Position numbers and translations under genes: made by a program
Notes under the pieces: model-generated
Databases searched by the model: none
Seen by the model: only the letters and a program-made list of their open reading frames with translations
Told to the model about the DNA's origin: nothing
Assembly: GCA_038087875.1 (NCBI GenBank)
Contig: CM076001.1
Span: 1,426,001-1,490,000 of the forward strand
DNA from: Malacoraja senta
Taxonomy: Eukaryota
Direction of reading: 5' to 3'
DNA: 64,000 bases
Shown: piece by piece, positions 47,706 to 61,521 of the stretch
Numbering within the stretch: position 1 is the stretch's first letter
Layout of the letters: each line of letters starts with the position of its first letter

Positions 47706-50700
47706 CTGAGTGGGCAGATGCATGGGAGAAGCAGTAGAATGTAGATAAATGTGAGATAATCCACTTTGGCGGCAAGAACAAGGAGGCAGGTAATTATCTC
47801 AATGGTGTCAGATTAGGAAAAAGGGAAGTGCAACGAGACCTGGGTGTCCTTGTACACCAGTCACTGAAAGTAAACATGCAGGCAGTGAAGAATGATTATA
47901 GCATGCTGGCCTTTTTAACGAGTGGATTTGCGCACAGGAGTAAAGAGGACCTTCTGCAGTTGTATGGGGCCCTGGTGAGAACACATCTGGAGTATTGTGT
48001 GCAGTTTTGGTCTCCTAATTTGAGGAAGGACATCCTTGCTATTGAAGCAGTGCAGCGTAGGTTCCCGAGGTTAAATCCCGGCATGGCGGGAGTGTCATAT
48101 GAGGAAATGTTGGGAATACGGGGCAGGTTATCACAGGAATTTAGGATGAGTGGGGATCTTATAGAAACATATACAATTATAAAAGGAGTGGATAAGCTAG
48201 GTGCAGGGAGAATATTCCCAATGCCAAGGGTGTCCAGAATCAGGGGGCCAAAGTCTAAGAATAAAGGGAGGCCATTTAAAACTGGGATGAGAAAACAACG
48301 TTTCCACCAAGAGAGTTGTGAATCTAAGGAATTCCCTGCCACAGAAGGCAATAGAGGCCACTTCTCTGGATGAATTTCAAAGAGAGTTAGATAGAGCTCT
48401 GGGGGGGTCGCGGAATCTGGGGATATGGGGAGAAGGCAGGCACGTGTTTCTGATTGTCGATGATCAGCCATGATCACAATGAATGGCGGTGCTGGCTCGA
48501 AGGGCCAAATTGAGACCTCCTGCACTTATTTTCTATGTTTCCATGTTTCTATGTTTCTAAATGCAAGTGAACGGCAGATGCCGCCGTAACAACGGAAAGA
48601 ACATGGGGAGGCCCAGGGTGCTGTCACACCGCAGGGACTCATTGACCTTCGAATACATTTGCGCATTAGACACCGATGCAGACCGTGAGCATACGCATTA
48701 TCCCCACAACCCTAACAGAAACAGAGACATAGAAACTTAGAAAATAGGTGTAGGAGTAGGGCATTCGGCCCATCGAGCCAGCGCAGACAGTCAATATGAT
48801 CATGGCTGATCAAACAAAATCAGTACCCGTTCCTGCTTTCTCCCCATATCTCCTCATTCTGTTAGCCCTAATCCGGGACGGCCAATCAAGACGATGCTGA
48901 TGGCGTTGACGGAAGACGCATGTGTAGAGACAACAGAGGAGCTTGCCAGTTGCATGGAGGACAGAGATGTGTGGTGCGTCCTTCACCGTGCCCGTCGGGA
49001 ACTAGCACCACTGCGTCGTTAATGTTTTCAACGTGTATTGTATTGTATTGTCTAAGTGCTATATCTAACTTTCTATTGAAAATAGCATGTGAAATTAAAT
49101 CCACTGCCTTGTGAGGCTGAGAATTCCACAGAGCATTGAGGGGCATAGAGACATACGGTCATATTGATTCAGCGTGGAAACAAGCCATTCGGCTCATCTT
49201 GCCCACATCGACCAATATGTCCCAGGTACACTACTACCACCTGCCCGCGATTGACCCATGTCCCTCCAATCTAGTCCTATCCATCTACGTGTCAAACTGT
49301 TTGTTAAACGATGATGTGGCCCCTGCCTCAGCTGCCTCTTCTGGCTGCTTGTTCCATACACTCACTACCCTTTATGTTAAAAAGTTACCCCTCAGGTTCC
49401 TATTCAATCTATTCCGCTTCAATTAAAATCTATGTCATCTGGTCCTTCATTCAGCTAGTTAATTTTTATCTTAATATATTTGAGAAACCACCTTAACAGA
49501 TATTGTAAGAGATTTAACTGTCCCCACGATGCAGGAGATAGTCAAATATGTGTAAACATTTCACAGGAGACTCTGTCTCGGCCCTCGAATTTTCCAATAT
49601 AAATTGTCAGTGCATTCCGGATGCGGATCACCTTCTTGTATTGCTTTATAGGCCAATCCCAAATTAACGCAAATTACACCGGATTAAAGCAGCAACAATT
49701 TTGGTGATGGAGTTGGAGTTAAATTACACACACAGAGACACGCGCACACACACGCACACGCTGACTAACAAATTCGCATATTTGGCTAACCCTAATTTAT
49801 TCTCCCCACATTCACATGATATTGACGTTTTCCAGGTTTCAAGGTCAGTTTATTGTCACATGTACCAGTTAGGGTACAGTGAAATTTGAGTTACCATACA
49901 GCCATACCAAGTGAAAAGTCACAAGGCACAAAACCACATAAAAGTTAACATGTACATACACCACAGTTGATTTCATATTCATCACTGTGATGGAAGGCAG
50001 TAAAGTTTAATCTGCTTCCTCTTCTTCTCCCACGGTCGGGGCAGTCAATCCATCCGCAGGTCGGGGCGAACAAAGTCCCCGCAGCCTACGATCGAATCCC
50101 CCATCGTGCTGATCGATACTCCCGTGTCGGAGCGGTTAAAACTCTCCCCGCGGCATGAAGCTCCCGAGTCGGCTTCTTCTTACCAGAGACCGCGGGCTAC
50201 ACGATGTTAAAGTCCACACGCCCTGAAGTTGGAAATTGGATCCCCGACAAACGGATGGCAGGGTCCGCGATATTAAAGTCCCAACAGTATGTTGGCGAGA
50301 CATCCACAGCTGATGTTCTACCATTCATCTACCATTCATCAACGAGGAACAATGTACGATGGCCAACCAACGGGCTCACCACCAAGTTTACTTTTGTTTA
50401 GTTTAGTTTAGTTTAGTTTAATTTAATTCAGTTCAGTTTAGTTTAGTTTAGTTTAGTTTAGTTTAGTTTAGTTTAGTTTAGCGCGGAAACGGGCAGATGC
50501 TGGAAAAATCGAAGATAGATAAAAAAAATGCTGGAGAAACTCAGCGGGCGAGGCAGCATCAATTCAGCGAAGAAACAGGTGACCTTTCGGGTTTCCGCCC
50601 CCCCCCCCCACCACCCACCCCACCCCAACCCCACATCAGTGCAAAATGGGTCTTGACCCGAAACGTCACCTGTTCCTTCACTCCACAGATGCTGCCTCAC

Positions 50701-51947
50701 CAGCTGAGTTTCTCCAGCATTTTTGCCACAGTCGATTTTTCCAGCAGTTCTTTGTTAATCAATTGTAACCTGTGCAGTTTTTAAATTATCTCGGGAATTT
50801 TAGGTACAAATTATTTTGCCAACTTGGTTTTCGTTCCCGTTTATAATTCCCTAATCATTAACTGGATGTCCGTTGCAACCAAATGCCGAAACATTTCATT
50901 GGGTTTATGGAAGGAGCAGCCAGAAGGGGTGGCGTAGAAAGAAATTGTAGATGCCGATTTATAGCGAAGAATGACGCACACGGATGGAGTGATTCGGCGG
51001 GTAACGTAGCATCTCTCGATAAAAGGGATACATTATGTTTCTGGTCGGGGCCACTTCTTCCGCCTGAACATACAGCGGAGGGCACAGGATGTCAATAAGG
51101 GCCAGAACAATACAGGTGGCCAAGGAAGAATGGAGGCCATAATCGCCCATTGTTGGCTGGGGGAGAGGTGATACCGAACGAATATAAACATCCGAGCAGT
51201 ACAACTAGTATGATGGCTAGGTTCGGGGAGAGAGGGAGAGAAATTGAGAGACTCCGGGGATTATTTGGAATTAGAGCATTCAAAGTTCATACCGCCGGAT
51301 TGTAAGATGCACAAGCGAAATATAAGGTGCTGTTCCTCCATTTTGTGTGTGGCCTCATTCTAACCGTTGAGGAGGAACAGTGCCGAAAGGTTTATATAGG
51401 AATTAGAAATGGAGTTTAAATGTTTGCAGGCGGGAGACCGCGTTACACGAGGCGAAAATTGAGTTGTTACATTTGACTTGTTTGCTTTCCGGCATACCTC
51501 ATCTGTACCTTTACTTTCGATAGACACTTTCCGCACTTAGAAGGTATTTACAACACGCTGCATGTTTGGAACTTCGCACAATCCAGGTCATCCGCTGCAA
51601 AAACGGCAGATTCTCTTTAAATTAAAGGCCCCGATAATGAACAATCAGACGTTTTTCCAATGGTGAAAGGGAATAAAAAATACAACTTGCACGCATTTAA
51701 CTGACAACTCGTCTTTCCACACTCGTTTCGAACATAATATGTTCCGGCGCTATGAAAACATATTCGTGATAAAACAGTTGATAGATTCAACTGATCACCT
51801 GGGAATGCGTAGATCAGGTCGGAGTCAATTGAGCCCATGAATTTACAATGGAGCTGGGGGTAAAATATCAACAAATTTAATGGTTGTATGTTCACATAAA
51901 TTCGATCACAAAGCCACGCACGCGTTGTTGTGATATTATTTTAACTA

Positions 51948-54262
51948 TCACTTTACCGATTTAAACATCTTTCCAGTGCAACGGAATGGATATGTTAGCA
52001 CACGGAGCAACTCCTCTCTGAACTTGCTCTGTGTCACGGTGTAAATGGCCGTGTTGGTGCAGGAGCTCAGCAGCTGAAGCAGGAATCCAACCTTTTCCAA
52101 TCCTACCATAGGGTTTGTCCAGAACCTGCGTTTAACCAAATGCAAACTTCGAACCGCAATAAAATGTGCGACACTTGTCGCCCAGAGCAGGATGAAGCAG
52201 CTCGAGATTGCCAGAAGTAAAACGACCGACCGTCTGCGGTTCACCATCTCCTGGTCTTTCTTTTTCTCCCCACCGCTGCGGTCTCGGAGGTACCTGCGGA
52301 CCCGACTGGCCACGAAAATGCGCCTGATGGTGAGCGCGTTCAGCAACAAAATCAGGCAGAATGGAATCGTCGGGGTCAACAGCTGTTCGGTCCAAGAGAA
52401 CACCATCCATTCGCGACGCATATAAAAATAGACGTCTTTGACGCAGCCCAGATTCCGTTCAATTGGGAAATAAGGAACGTATGCGAAGGGCAAAGGTAGG
52501 TTCTGAAGGCAGATGAGTGGGATCACTGTCAGGATAACAATCGACGCGGTTCTCTTGGTGCAATACTTGGCTTTCATATTCTGAGTAGAAATCGCAACAA
52601 AGCGATCAAATGTGAAAGCGACTGTGAACCATACAGAGCAATCCACCGCCACGGGTGCCAGGAACAGTATTATTTTGCACACAGGAGTGTACGGCAAGGA
52701 ACCAGGCTATAAATATATATCAGCAATCCGATGAAATATCACGTCAATGAGAAGCACAGAGAGGTCCGCAGTCGCCATGGCTACCATGTAACGAGTGATG
52801 CACTTGGAGAGGCCGCACTTGCCACGGGACAAGATCACAATCGCCATCAGATTCACTGGGAAGGAATGAAAACATAAACTGGTTAATTGTGTGGGGGTAT
52901 CGATTGGTGGGTGAGGGTAATTTAAACGTGCGCATATTGGGGACGAAATGTTGCCTATTTCCTTCGCTTGCAGAAGGATTTCGACCCGAAACTTTCCCTA
53001 TTTCCTTCGCTCAATAGATGCTGCCTCACCCGCTGAGTTTCGCCAGCATTTTTGTCTACATTTGAGAACATGATGTCAAGGAATGGGATTCCGTGAAGCA
53101 CTGCAATTATAATTACATACATCCTCCAGCGACAAACAAAAGTAACAATATAACGAGCAGTATTTTCTGCTGAATAGCGGGCGGGCCTCCATGCTATACC
53201 TGACAAGAACAACTGCTGAAGTAGCTCAGTGGCTCAAGTAGCATCTCTGGATGACATGGATAGGCGACGTTTCATCTCGGGCCCTTTCTTCAGTCTCCGA
53301 TCGGAGGAAGGATCCCGACCCGATACGTCGCCTACGTCTGTCTTCCAGAGATGCTACAAGACCCGCTGAGTTACCCAGTACTTTGTTATCCCGGCATGAT
53401 CGCTGCAGCGACAGTCTCTGTTATCTGTACTTCAAAAAATCTATCTTAAAATTGCCTCCCAACCGAGGGGGGACATGTCTGGTTGTTCACACTGACGTTT
53501 TCTGTTGAGTAAGTTGTTCATACGATCTTGAAATCTGTCCCTGCGAAATTATCCCGGTGAAATGTTAAGAGCTTTACAGAAAATGATGTGCCGAATTATT
53601 GGACGGGATGTTTTTTTCTTTCTATCGGGTGCACTACGCACTGCGGAACAGGTAGTCTCACACACAGCGACGACGACGTGTGGCTTGCCCTACCAACAAT
53701 GCAGGTGCGGGGCATCGGTTGTAGCCAAAGTCCGTGGAGGCTAAGCTTGTACCAGAGTCTATGAACGACCAAAGAAGCCAACGCGTTTCCTCTCTCCTAA
53801 GATGTACATTGGCTAATACGAGTTTTGTTTAGATGTACAGCCTCGAAGCGTGTTCTCCGGTCCATCGACTCCGCGCCGACCAGCGATCCCCGCACACTAA
53901 CAATGTTCGACACAAACTAGTGACTTAAACCAAATATATACCAAATCAATTACCCTTCAAACCTGTCTTTCTTGGAGAGTTAGAGGAAACCGACGCTGGT
54001 CACGAGGCGAACGTACAAATTCTGGAAAGACAAGCAACCGTAGTGGGGAGCGAGCCCTGCACCATCTGCCGCTGCGCCTTCGTGCAGCCCTCAACCCTGC
54101 CGGATTATTCCGTATGTTCTCTTAATCATTACTCCTGTGCACTTTTCAAACAGTCTTTGTTAGTTCAATGTGATGTGCCGACAATTACCTACCGGGTATA
54201 CCGATTGCTGCAAGAATCGGGTAATATACAGATTCTATATACAGGATCAGACTATAATACAT
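51948..54262 (-). pseudogene. GPR139-like GPCR, copy 2, premature stop
   Basis: join(complement 54262..54193, 52855..51948); TGG>TAG at 52707-52709 (W73*); otherwise collinear with copy 1. Confidence 0.85.
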
Positions 54263-56134
54263 TTTAATTCGACGGTCCAGGCGATCACTCCTGGTGCTGC
54301 CACTCAGCGATTGACAGCGAAACAAACCAATCTCTGGCACATTTATGAAGTAAATAACGGAGAAAATATGCAATTAGATAACATCCCTGCGGACATTACT
54401 TACAGAGTTTGGAACAAACAGGTACTGTTTTCAATGTAATATTCAGAAATCACAATCACGTGGGCGACCGCTCCACACATTTCCAACAGCAGGCAGTGAA
54501 GCATCAATTTAAAAAAATCCAAACTAACGCGCGCGCAGTGAAGTTGCTCACGAATGTTCTGAGCAGCGGTTTATTTCCTTGAACCTTACATCCGATGACG
54601 GGACAAGGAAAGCTGTCATTTCTGGCTTGTACCTGTGCAACTTGAGTTTCCAGACGGCGACAGCAGAGCGCGAGCGCAACGCAGTATCGGCACCTGAGCA
54701 TATCCACTGGGCACCTAGCGGCAGTTTTCTCAGAAAAGTGGCTAATGGGGCGAAAGAGCAATAAAAGAGAGAAGAACAGTAGAGTTTATCAAGGATTAAT
54801 AAAACACGAACATGTAAATTAATTATTGTGGCAGCGTGGTTCGTCTGCTCCGTCCCAGGTTTAGCAGGCAGAAGTTGGAAAGATTGATACGGACACGGGG
54901 GGTCATAAGGTCACATGGGTTCGGAGTAAAATGAGGCCATTCTGCCCATTAAGTCTCATCCGCCATTCAATCATGAATTATCTATCCCCCCCTCCTACCC
55001 CATTCTCCTGCTTTCTGCCCATAACGACTGACGCCTGTACTAATCAATAATCTATCTATCTGTACGTGAAAAATATCCACCGAATTAGCCCCCACAGCCT
55101 TTGTGGCAAAGTATTCCACAGATTGAACATAGAGGACTATGACGGCATCAGTTGAACAAAGGGGACTATGAAGGCATGAAAGAGGAACATGAGAGAGGAG
55201 CTATTCTGAAAAGGACCCCTTCACTCCTACTCTTTGCTTCCTGACTGCCAACCAATTTTCTATCCATGTCAACACGCTAACCCCAATACCAATATTGTCT
55301 GCTATTTTCTTCCAATATAGTCTATTGTCTATTGAGCTGGCCAAGGCGAACTATAAAGCGGTCCTAGCAGGAATAACGGTGGAACTGCAATGGCCGGAAG
55401 ACGCAGGATCATTTCATTCCAAAAAGGAAGAAAGATTCTAAGGGGAGTAGGAGGCAACCGTGGGTGACAAGAGAAGTTAGTGATAGAATAAAACTAAAAG
55501 AAAAGATGTATAACACAGCAAAGAGTAGCCGGAAGCCAGAGGATTGGGAAACGTTCATAGGACAACAGAAGGAAACAAAACGGGCAATACGGGCCAAAAA
55601 GATGAAGTACGAGGGGAAGCTGGACAGGAATAGAAGGAAGGACAGTAAAAGCTTATTTAGATATGTTAAGGGAAAAAGAGTAGCAAAGTCAAATGTGGGT
55701 CCCTTGAAGGCAGACACGGGTAAAATTATTATGGGTAACAAGGAAATGGAAGAAGAGTTCAACAGGTACTTCGGATCTGTCTTAACTAAGGAAGACACAA
55801 ACAACCTCCCAGATGTACTGGAGGGCTGAGGATCGAAGGGGGTAGAGGTACTGAAAGAAATGTTCATTAGGCGAGAAATAGTATTGGGTAGGGTAATGGG
55901 ACTAAAGGATGATAATCCCAAGGTCCTCAGGGATGTGGCTCTAGAAATAGTGGACGCTTGGTGATCATTTTCCAATGTTCATTAGATCGAGGATCAGTTC
56001 CTGTGGATTGGAGTAGAGCTAATGTTATCCCACTTTTCAAGAACGGAGCGAGAGAAAAAACCGGTGAATTAGAGACCAGTTAGCCTGACTTCGGTGCTGG
56101 GAAAGATGCTGCAGGCAAGTATTAAAAAGTTAAT

Positions 56135-57350
56135 GGTACACAAAAATGCTGGAGAAACTCAGCGGGTGCAGCAGCATCTATGGAGCGAAGGAAATCGGTA
56201 ACGTTTCGGGCCGAAACCCTTCTTCAGACTGATAGGGGGTGAGGAGAAGAAAGGAAAAAAGGGAAAAGGCGGAGGAGGAGCCCGAGGGCTGGAGGAGAGG
56301 AGGAGACAACCAGATGGCTGATGAAGGGGAGGGGACAGCAAGGGCTAGCAGAATTGGGAGAATTCAATGTTCAAGCCCCCAGGATGTAGACTGCCCAAGC
56401 GGAATATGAGGTGCATTTCCTCCAATTTACGGTGTTGCTCGCTGTGGCCATGGAGGAGACCCAGGACAGAGAGGTCAGATACGGAATGGGATGGGGAGTT
56501 GAAGTGCTGAGCCACCGGGAGGTCAGGTTGGTTATTGCGGACCGACCGGAGGTGTTCGGCGAAACGATCGCCAAGCCTCCGCTTGGTCTCACCGATGTAG
56601 ATCAGCTGGCATCTAGAGCAGCGGATGCAATAGATGAGGTTGGAGGAGAGGCAGGTGAACCTCTGTCGCACCTGGAACGACTGCTTGGGTCTTTGAATGG
56701 AGTAGAGGGGGGAGGTGAAGGGACAAGTGTTGCATCTCTTGCGGTTGCAAGGGAAAGTATCAGGGGAGGGGGTGGTATGGGAGGGAAGGGAAGAATTGAC
56801 AAGGGAGTTACGGAGGGAGCGGTCTTTGCGGAAGGCAGACATGGGGGGAGATGGGAAGATGTGGCGAGTGGTGGGGTCACGTTGGAGGTGGCGAAATTGA
56901 CGGAGGATCACTTGTTGTATGTGACGGCTGGTGGGGTGAAAGGTGAGGACTAGGGGGACTCTGCCCTTGTTGTGAGTGGGGGGGTGTGGAGAGAGAGCAG
57001 TATTGCGGGGTATGGCAGAGACCCTGGTGCGAGCCTCATCTATGGTGGAGGAGGGGAACCCCCGTTCCCTGAAGAATGAGGACATTTCAGATGCCCTGGT
57101 GTGGAACGTCTCATCCTGGGAGCAGATGCGGCGTAGACGGAGGAATTGGGAGTGGGGGATGGAATCCTTACAGGAAGCAGGGTGGGAAGAAGTGTAGTCC
57201 AGATAGCCATGGGAGTCGGTAGGTTTGTAGTGGATGTCGGTAAGGAGTCTATCACCTGCGATGGAGATAGTGAGGTCAAGGAATGGTAGGGAAGTGTCGG
57301 AAATGGTCCGGGTGTATTTGAGTGCCGGATGGAAGTTGGTGGTGAAGCGG
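56135..57350 (-). mobile_element. Penelope-like element, copy 2
   Basis: ORF 56345-57085 with GIY-YIG; TSD attaaaaagttaat at 56121-56134 and 57351-57364; 28 bp longer than copy 1. Confidence 0.92.
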
Positions 57351-60300
57351 ATTAAAAAGTTAATAATGGGGCATTTGGATAGCAGTACATTAATTAGTCC
57401 AAGTCAACATGGATTTATGAAAGGGAAATCATGCTTGGTTATTATTTTAGGATGTGACAAGTTAAATGGATGAAGGGGAGCCAGTGGATGTAGTGTATAT
57501 GGACTTTCAGAAAGCCTTTGATAAGGTCCCGCACTGGTGAGTAAAATTAGAGCACATGGTATTGGGGTTGGGGTGTTGACATGGATAGAAAATTGGTTGG
57601 CAGACTGGAAGCAAAGAGTAGGAGTGAACGGGTCCTTTTCAGAATGGCAGCCGGTGGGGAGCGGAGTGCCGAAATGCTCGGTGTTCGGGCCGTAACTGTT
57701 TATCATATATATTAATGATTTGGAAGAGGGAAATAGGAGCAACACCGCATGTTTGCGATTGACACAAGCTGGGTGACAGTGTGAACTGTGAAGAGGATGT
57801 TAGGAGGTTGCAGGGTGAGCTGGACAGGTTGAGTGAGTGGGCAGATGCGTGGCAGAATGCAGTACAATATAGATAAATGTGAGGTTATCCACTTTGGCGG
57901 CAAAAAGAAAGGGGCAGATTATTGTCTCAATGGGGCTAGCTTAGGTAAGTGGGCGGTGCAGCGAGACATGGGTGTCCTTGTACACCAGTCACTGAAAGTT
58001 GGCGTGCAGGTACAGCAGGCAGTGAATAAAGCTGATGGAATGTTGGCCTTCATAACAAGAGGATTTCAGAATAGGAGTAAAGAGGTTCTTCTGTAGTTGT
58101 ATAGGGCTCTGGTGAGACCACATCTGGAGTATTGTCTACAGTTTTGGTATCCTAATTTGAGGAAGGACATCCTGGTGATTGAGGCAGTGCAGCGTAGCTC
58201 CCGAGATTGATTCCTGGGATGGCGAGACTGTCATATGAGAAGAGATTGAAAAGACCGGGCTTGTATTGACTGGACTTTAGAAGGATGAAGGGATGTCTTA
58301 TCGAAACATATAAAATTATAAAAGGACTGGACAAGCTAGAAGCAGGAAAAACATTCTCATTGCTCGGCGAGTCCAGAACCAGGGGCCACAGTTTTAGAAT
58401 GGAGGCGAGGTAATTTAAGACTGAGGTGAGAAAAAACATTTTCACCCTGAGAGTTGTGAATTTGTGGATTCCCTGCCACAGACAGCAGTGGAGGCCAAAT
58501 CACTGGATGGATTTAAGAGAGAGTTAGATAGAGATCCAGGGGCTAGTGGAATCAAGGGATATGGGGAGAAGGCAGGCACGGGTTATTGATTGGGGACGAT
58601 CAGCAATGATCACAATGAATGGCGGTCCTGGCTCGAAGGGGCGAATAGCCTCCTTGAGCACCTATTTTCTATGTTTCTATATTTCTATGTTACTATTCGC
58701 CACCCTCTGACTAAAGACATTTCTCATCGTCACAGTCCGAAAAGAACGTCCTTTAACTCTGAGGCAATGACTTACATTCAGAGACTTTCCCACTCGAGGC
58801 AACATCCTCATCCTCATCCACCCTATCCAAGCCTTTCACTATTCTGTATGTTTCAATTAGGTCCCCCCCTCATTGTTCTAAACTCCGGTGAGCACAGGCC
58901 CAGTGCCGACAAACGCTCCTCGTAGGTTAACCTACTATTTATTGGGATCATTCTGGTAAACTTCCTTTGGACCCTCTCCAGACCCAGCACATCCATCCTC
59001 AGATATTGTGGCCATAATTGCTCACAATATTCCAAATGCGGCCATCTCGGCGCCTTATAGAGACTCAGCATTACAAGCCTGGTTTGGATACAAACCCTCT
59101 TGAAATAGATGCAGGCATTGAATTTGCTTTCTTTAGTAACGATTCGACTTGCAGATTAACATTTTGGGAATCCTGCATCAGCACTCCCACGTCCATTTTC
59201 ATCTCCGATTTCTGGATTATCTACCTGTTTAAAAAAACATATTCTACGCCTTTATTCCTACTGACAAAATGCAAGACTCCACACTTTGCTGCACTTTATT
59301 CCATCTTCCATCCTTCTGCCACTCACCCAACCTGTCCAAGTCCTTCTGAAGAGTCCCCGCCCTCTCCACAGCACCTGACCCCCCACCTATATTCGTATCA
59401 TTCGCGAACTTGGCCACACAGCCTTCAATCCCCTCATGCAAACCATTAATATGCAAAATATGAGTGACGTTCCCAGAACGGACCCATGCGGAACTCCACT
59501 AGTCACTGGCAGCCAACCAGAAAAAGACCCCTTTTGTGCCACGCTTTGTCTTCTGCCATCCAGCCAACCTGCTATCTATGCTTGTTAGTATCTGCCCTTT
59601 GATACCGTGGTGTTTCATCGTCCTTAGTCTCCTCACGTGTTGCCCATTATCAAAGTATTTCCAGAAATCTGAGTTAACAACATCTACTGACCACCGTTGT
59701 CTTGAGTATTTACCTCTTGAAAGGATCACAGAATTTTTTTAAAGCAAGACCTCCCCTTCACAAAGCCATGCTGACTTCGACATATTTATCGTGAACTTCT
59801 AAGTACTACGTATCTCCTGTCTCCAGTGATTCTTGAAATATCAATGTGAATGCCTGCAAAATCTCTAAAGCCACCCCTTTCAGAACACTCGGGTGCAGTC
59901 CATCAGGTCCAGATGGCTTACGCACCTTCAGCCCGTTCAGCATCCCTTCTCCAGAGTAATAGACACTACACTAACTTCCACCCCCTGACTCTCCTGCATT
60001 CAGACACGATCCTTGTGTCTTCCATTATGAAAGACAACATGAACGACACCAGACGCCTTGTCGCTAAAACGCCTTTGATTAGACGATGCTTCCACGCGTG
60101 ACACGTTATACACTGCTTCTAATTAACAGTAATTCCCCGCTGTAATTCGAAATCTCACTCCAGCGCAGAACACCCGGTATCCATTTTCCATACTCTGGAA
60201 GAATTAGCACCAAGAAGCGCTATACGGCCCACGTTCTGAAGAATGAGATGAAATCAGCGGTCTGCCCTCCTCTTCATCGGCTGCCCCATCTCGCCGTTCA

Positions 60301-61507
60301 TGGCGTGGTCAGAGAGACGGTATGATCTGTGCGGACATTCAACAAGCTGGTGTAGGTGCAGGTTAAAGTGTCCTCCATCCTTTCTGTCCGGTGAGAGCGG
60401 AACCGCTGTCGCGAATTCGGCATTGCTCACACCCGGAACATGGGTGGCAAAAGTGTAGTTTTCGTTTTAAAAGGAAACATAGACGACGTGATAGCGAGGG
60501 TAAATCTCCACTTGAATGTACAATGAACGTTCACAGCACATAGTGGGATTTTGTCTGTTCGAGTCTCACATAAACTTCCGTACGCTTTACCTTGTCATCT
60601 TTCCCCAATTGCGTTCGCTGTCCTGATTCAAGTTTTGTCTATAAACGCCTGTCATTTGCCTGCACCACACCGCCTGCGAGGGAGGAACAGATTCTCATGA
60701 TATTCCACATGAAGAGGATTCTGACGAACTCACCTGTGGGTTACTTTGCGAAGACGTAGCCATGTGTTTCATGACACAGGACATATATACCACAGGAGGA
60801 AATGTCCCCTCCTTGACCACATCTGGCAAAAACCTTATAGTGTGGATGATCTCTGCCGCTTGCTGTCTTATAGGGAACGGAACTTCTCCCACTTGAATTC
60901 CCCTAATGGTTGAAATCCTGCATATTTAAGTATTCTCTGTATGTGCATGTGCCTCCATGTTTCGGCGATCCACGCTGATTCCTCTAATATGTTTGTAGAA
61001 ATTAAGTCAATTTGGAACCGTTTTCAGTCTTACGGACGAAGACTGTTTTCGCTTCTTCCGACTGATGGTAGGGAGGGGTGGCGGCGCTGGGAGAGAGGAG
61101 AGGCAGGATAATGCGGGACACATAATAGGTGGACAATGGTGAGGGGGTGCTTCATAGCCAGATGGTTGGGACAAAGTCCAGACATTAAAATAGGTTGGAG
61201 ACAGAAGTATTTAAGAGTTGTAATCTGTGAAAGGCAGGGACAATCCTGGATGCTTATTGGTACAGACAGCGACGTCAGCACCCGCCAGGGATCCTGTTTC
61301 GGATTATGGCAAGGATACTAAAGAGAATTGGTGATCTCACCGACCGATTCTCTTCTACGTACAATAAGGCTCAAAGACCACCCAGTTAATCATCCGCGCG
61401 TCCGTGATTACCGACTCCGCCACGTATCTTTGTGCAATGGACTGCACGTTGCAGAAGAAACACGGCGGACCCGCACAAAAACCCACCGCAAGCTATTTTG
61501 CACGGTG

Positions 61508-61521
61508 CCGCCAGATGGCGC
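61508..61521 (+). promoter_or_regulatory. Candidate CTCF-binding element, copy 2
   Basis: CCGCCAGATGGCGC, identical to 32913-32926. Confidence 0.6.
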
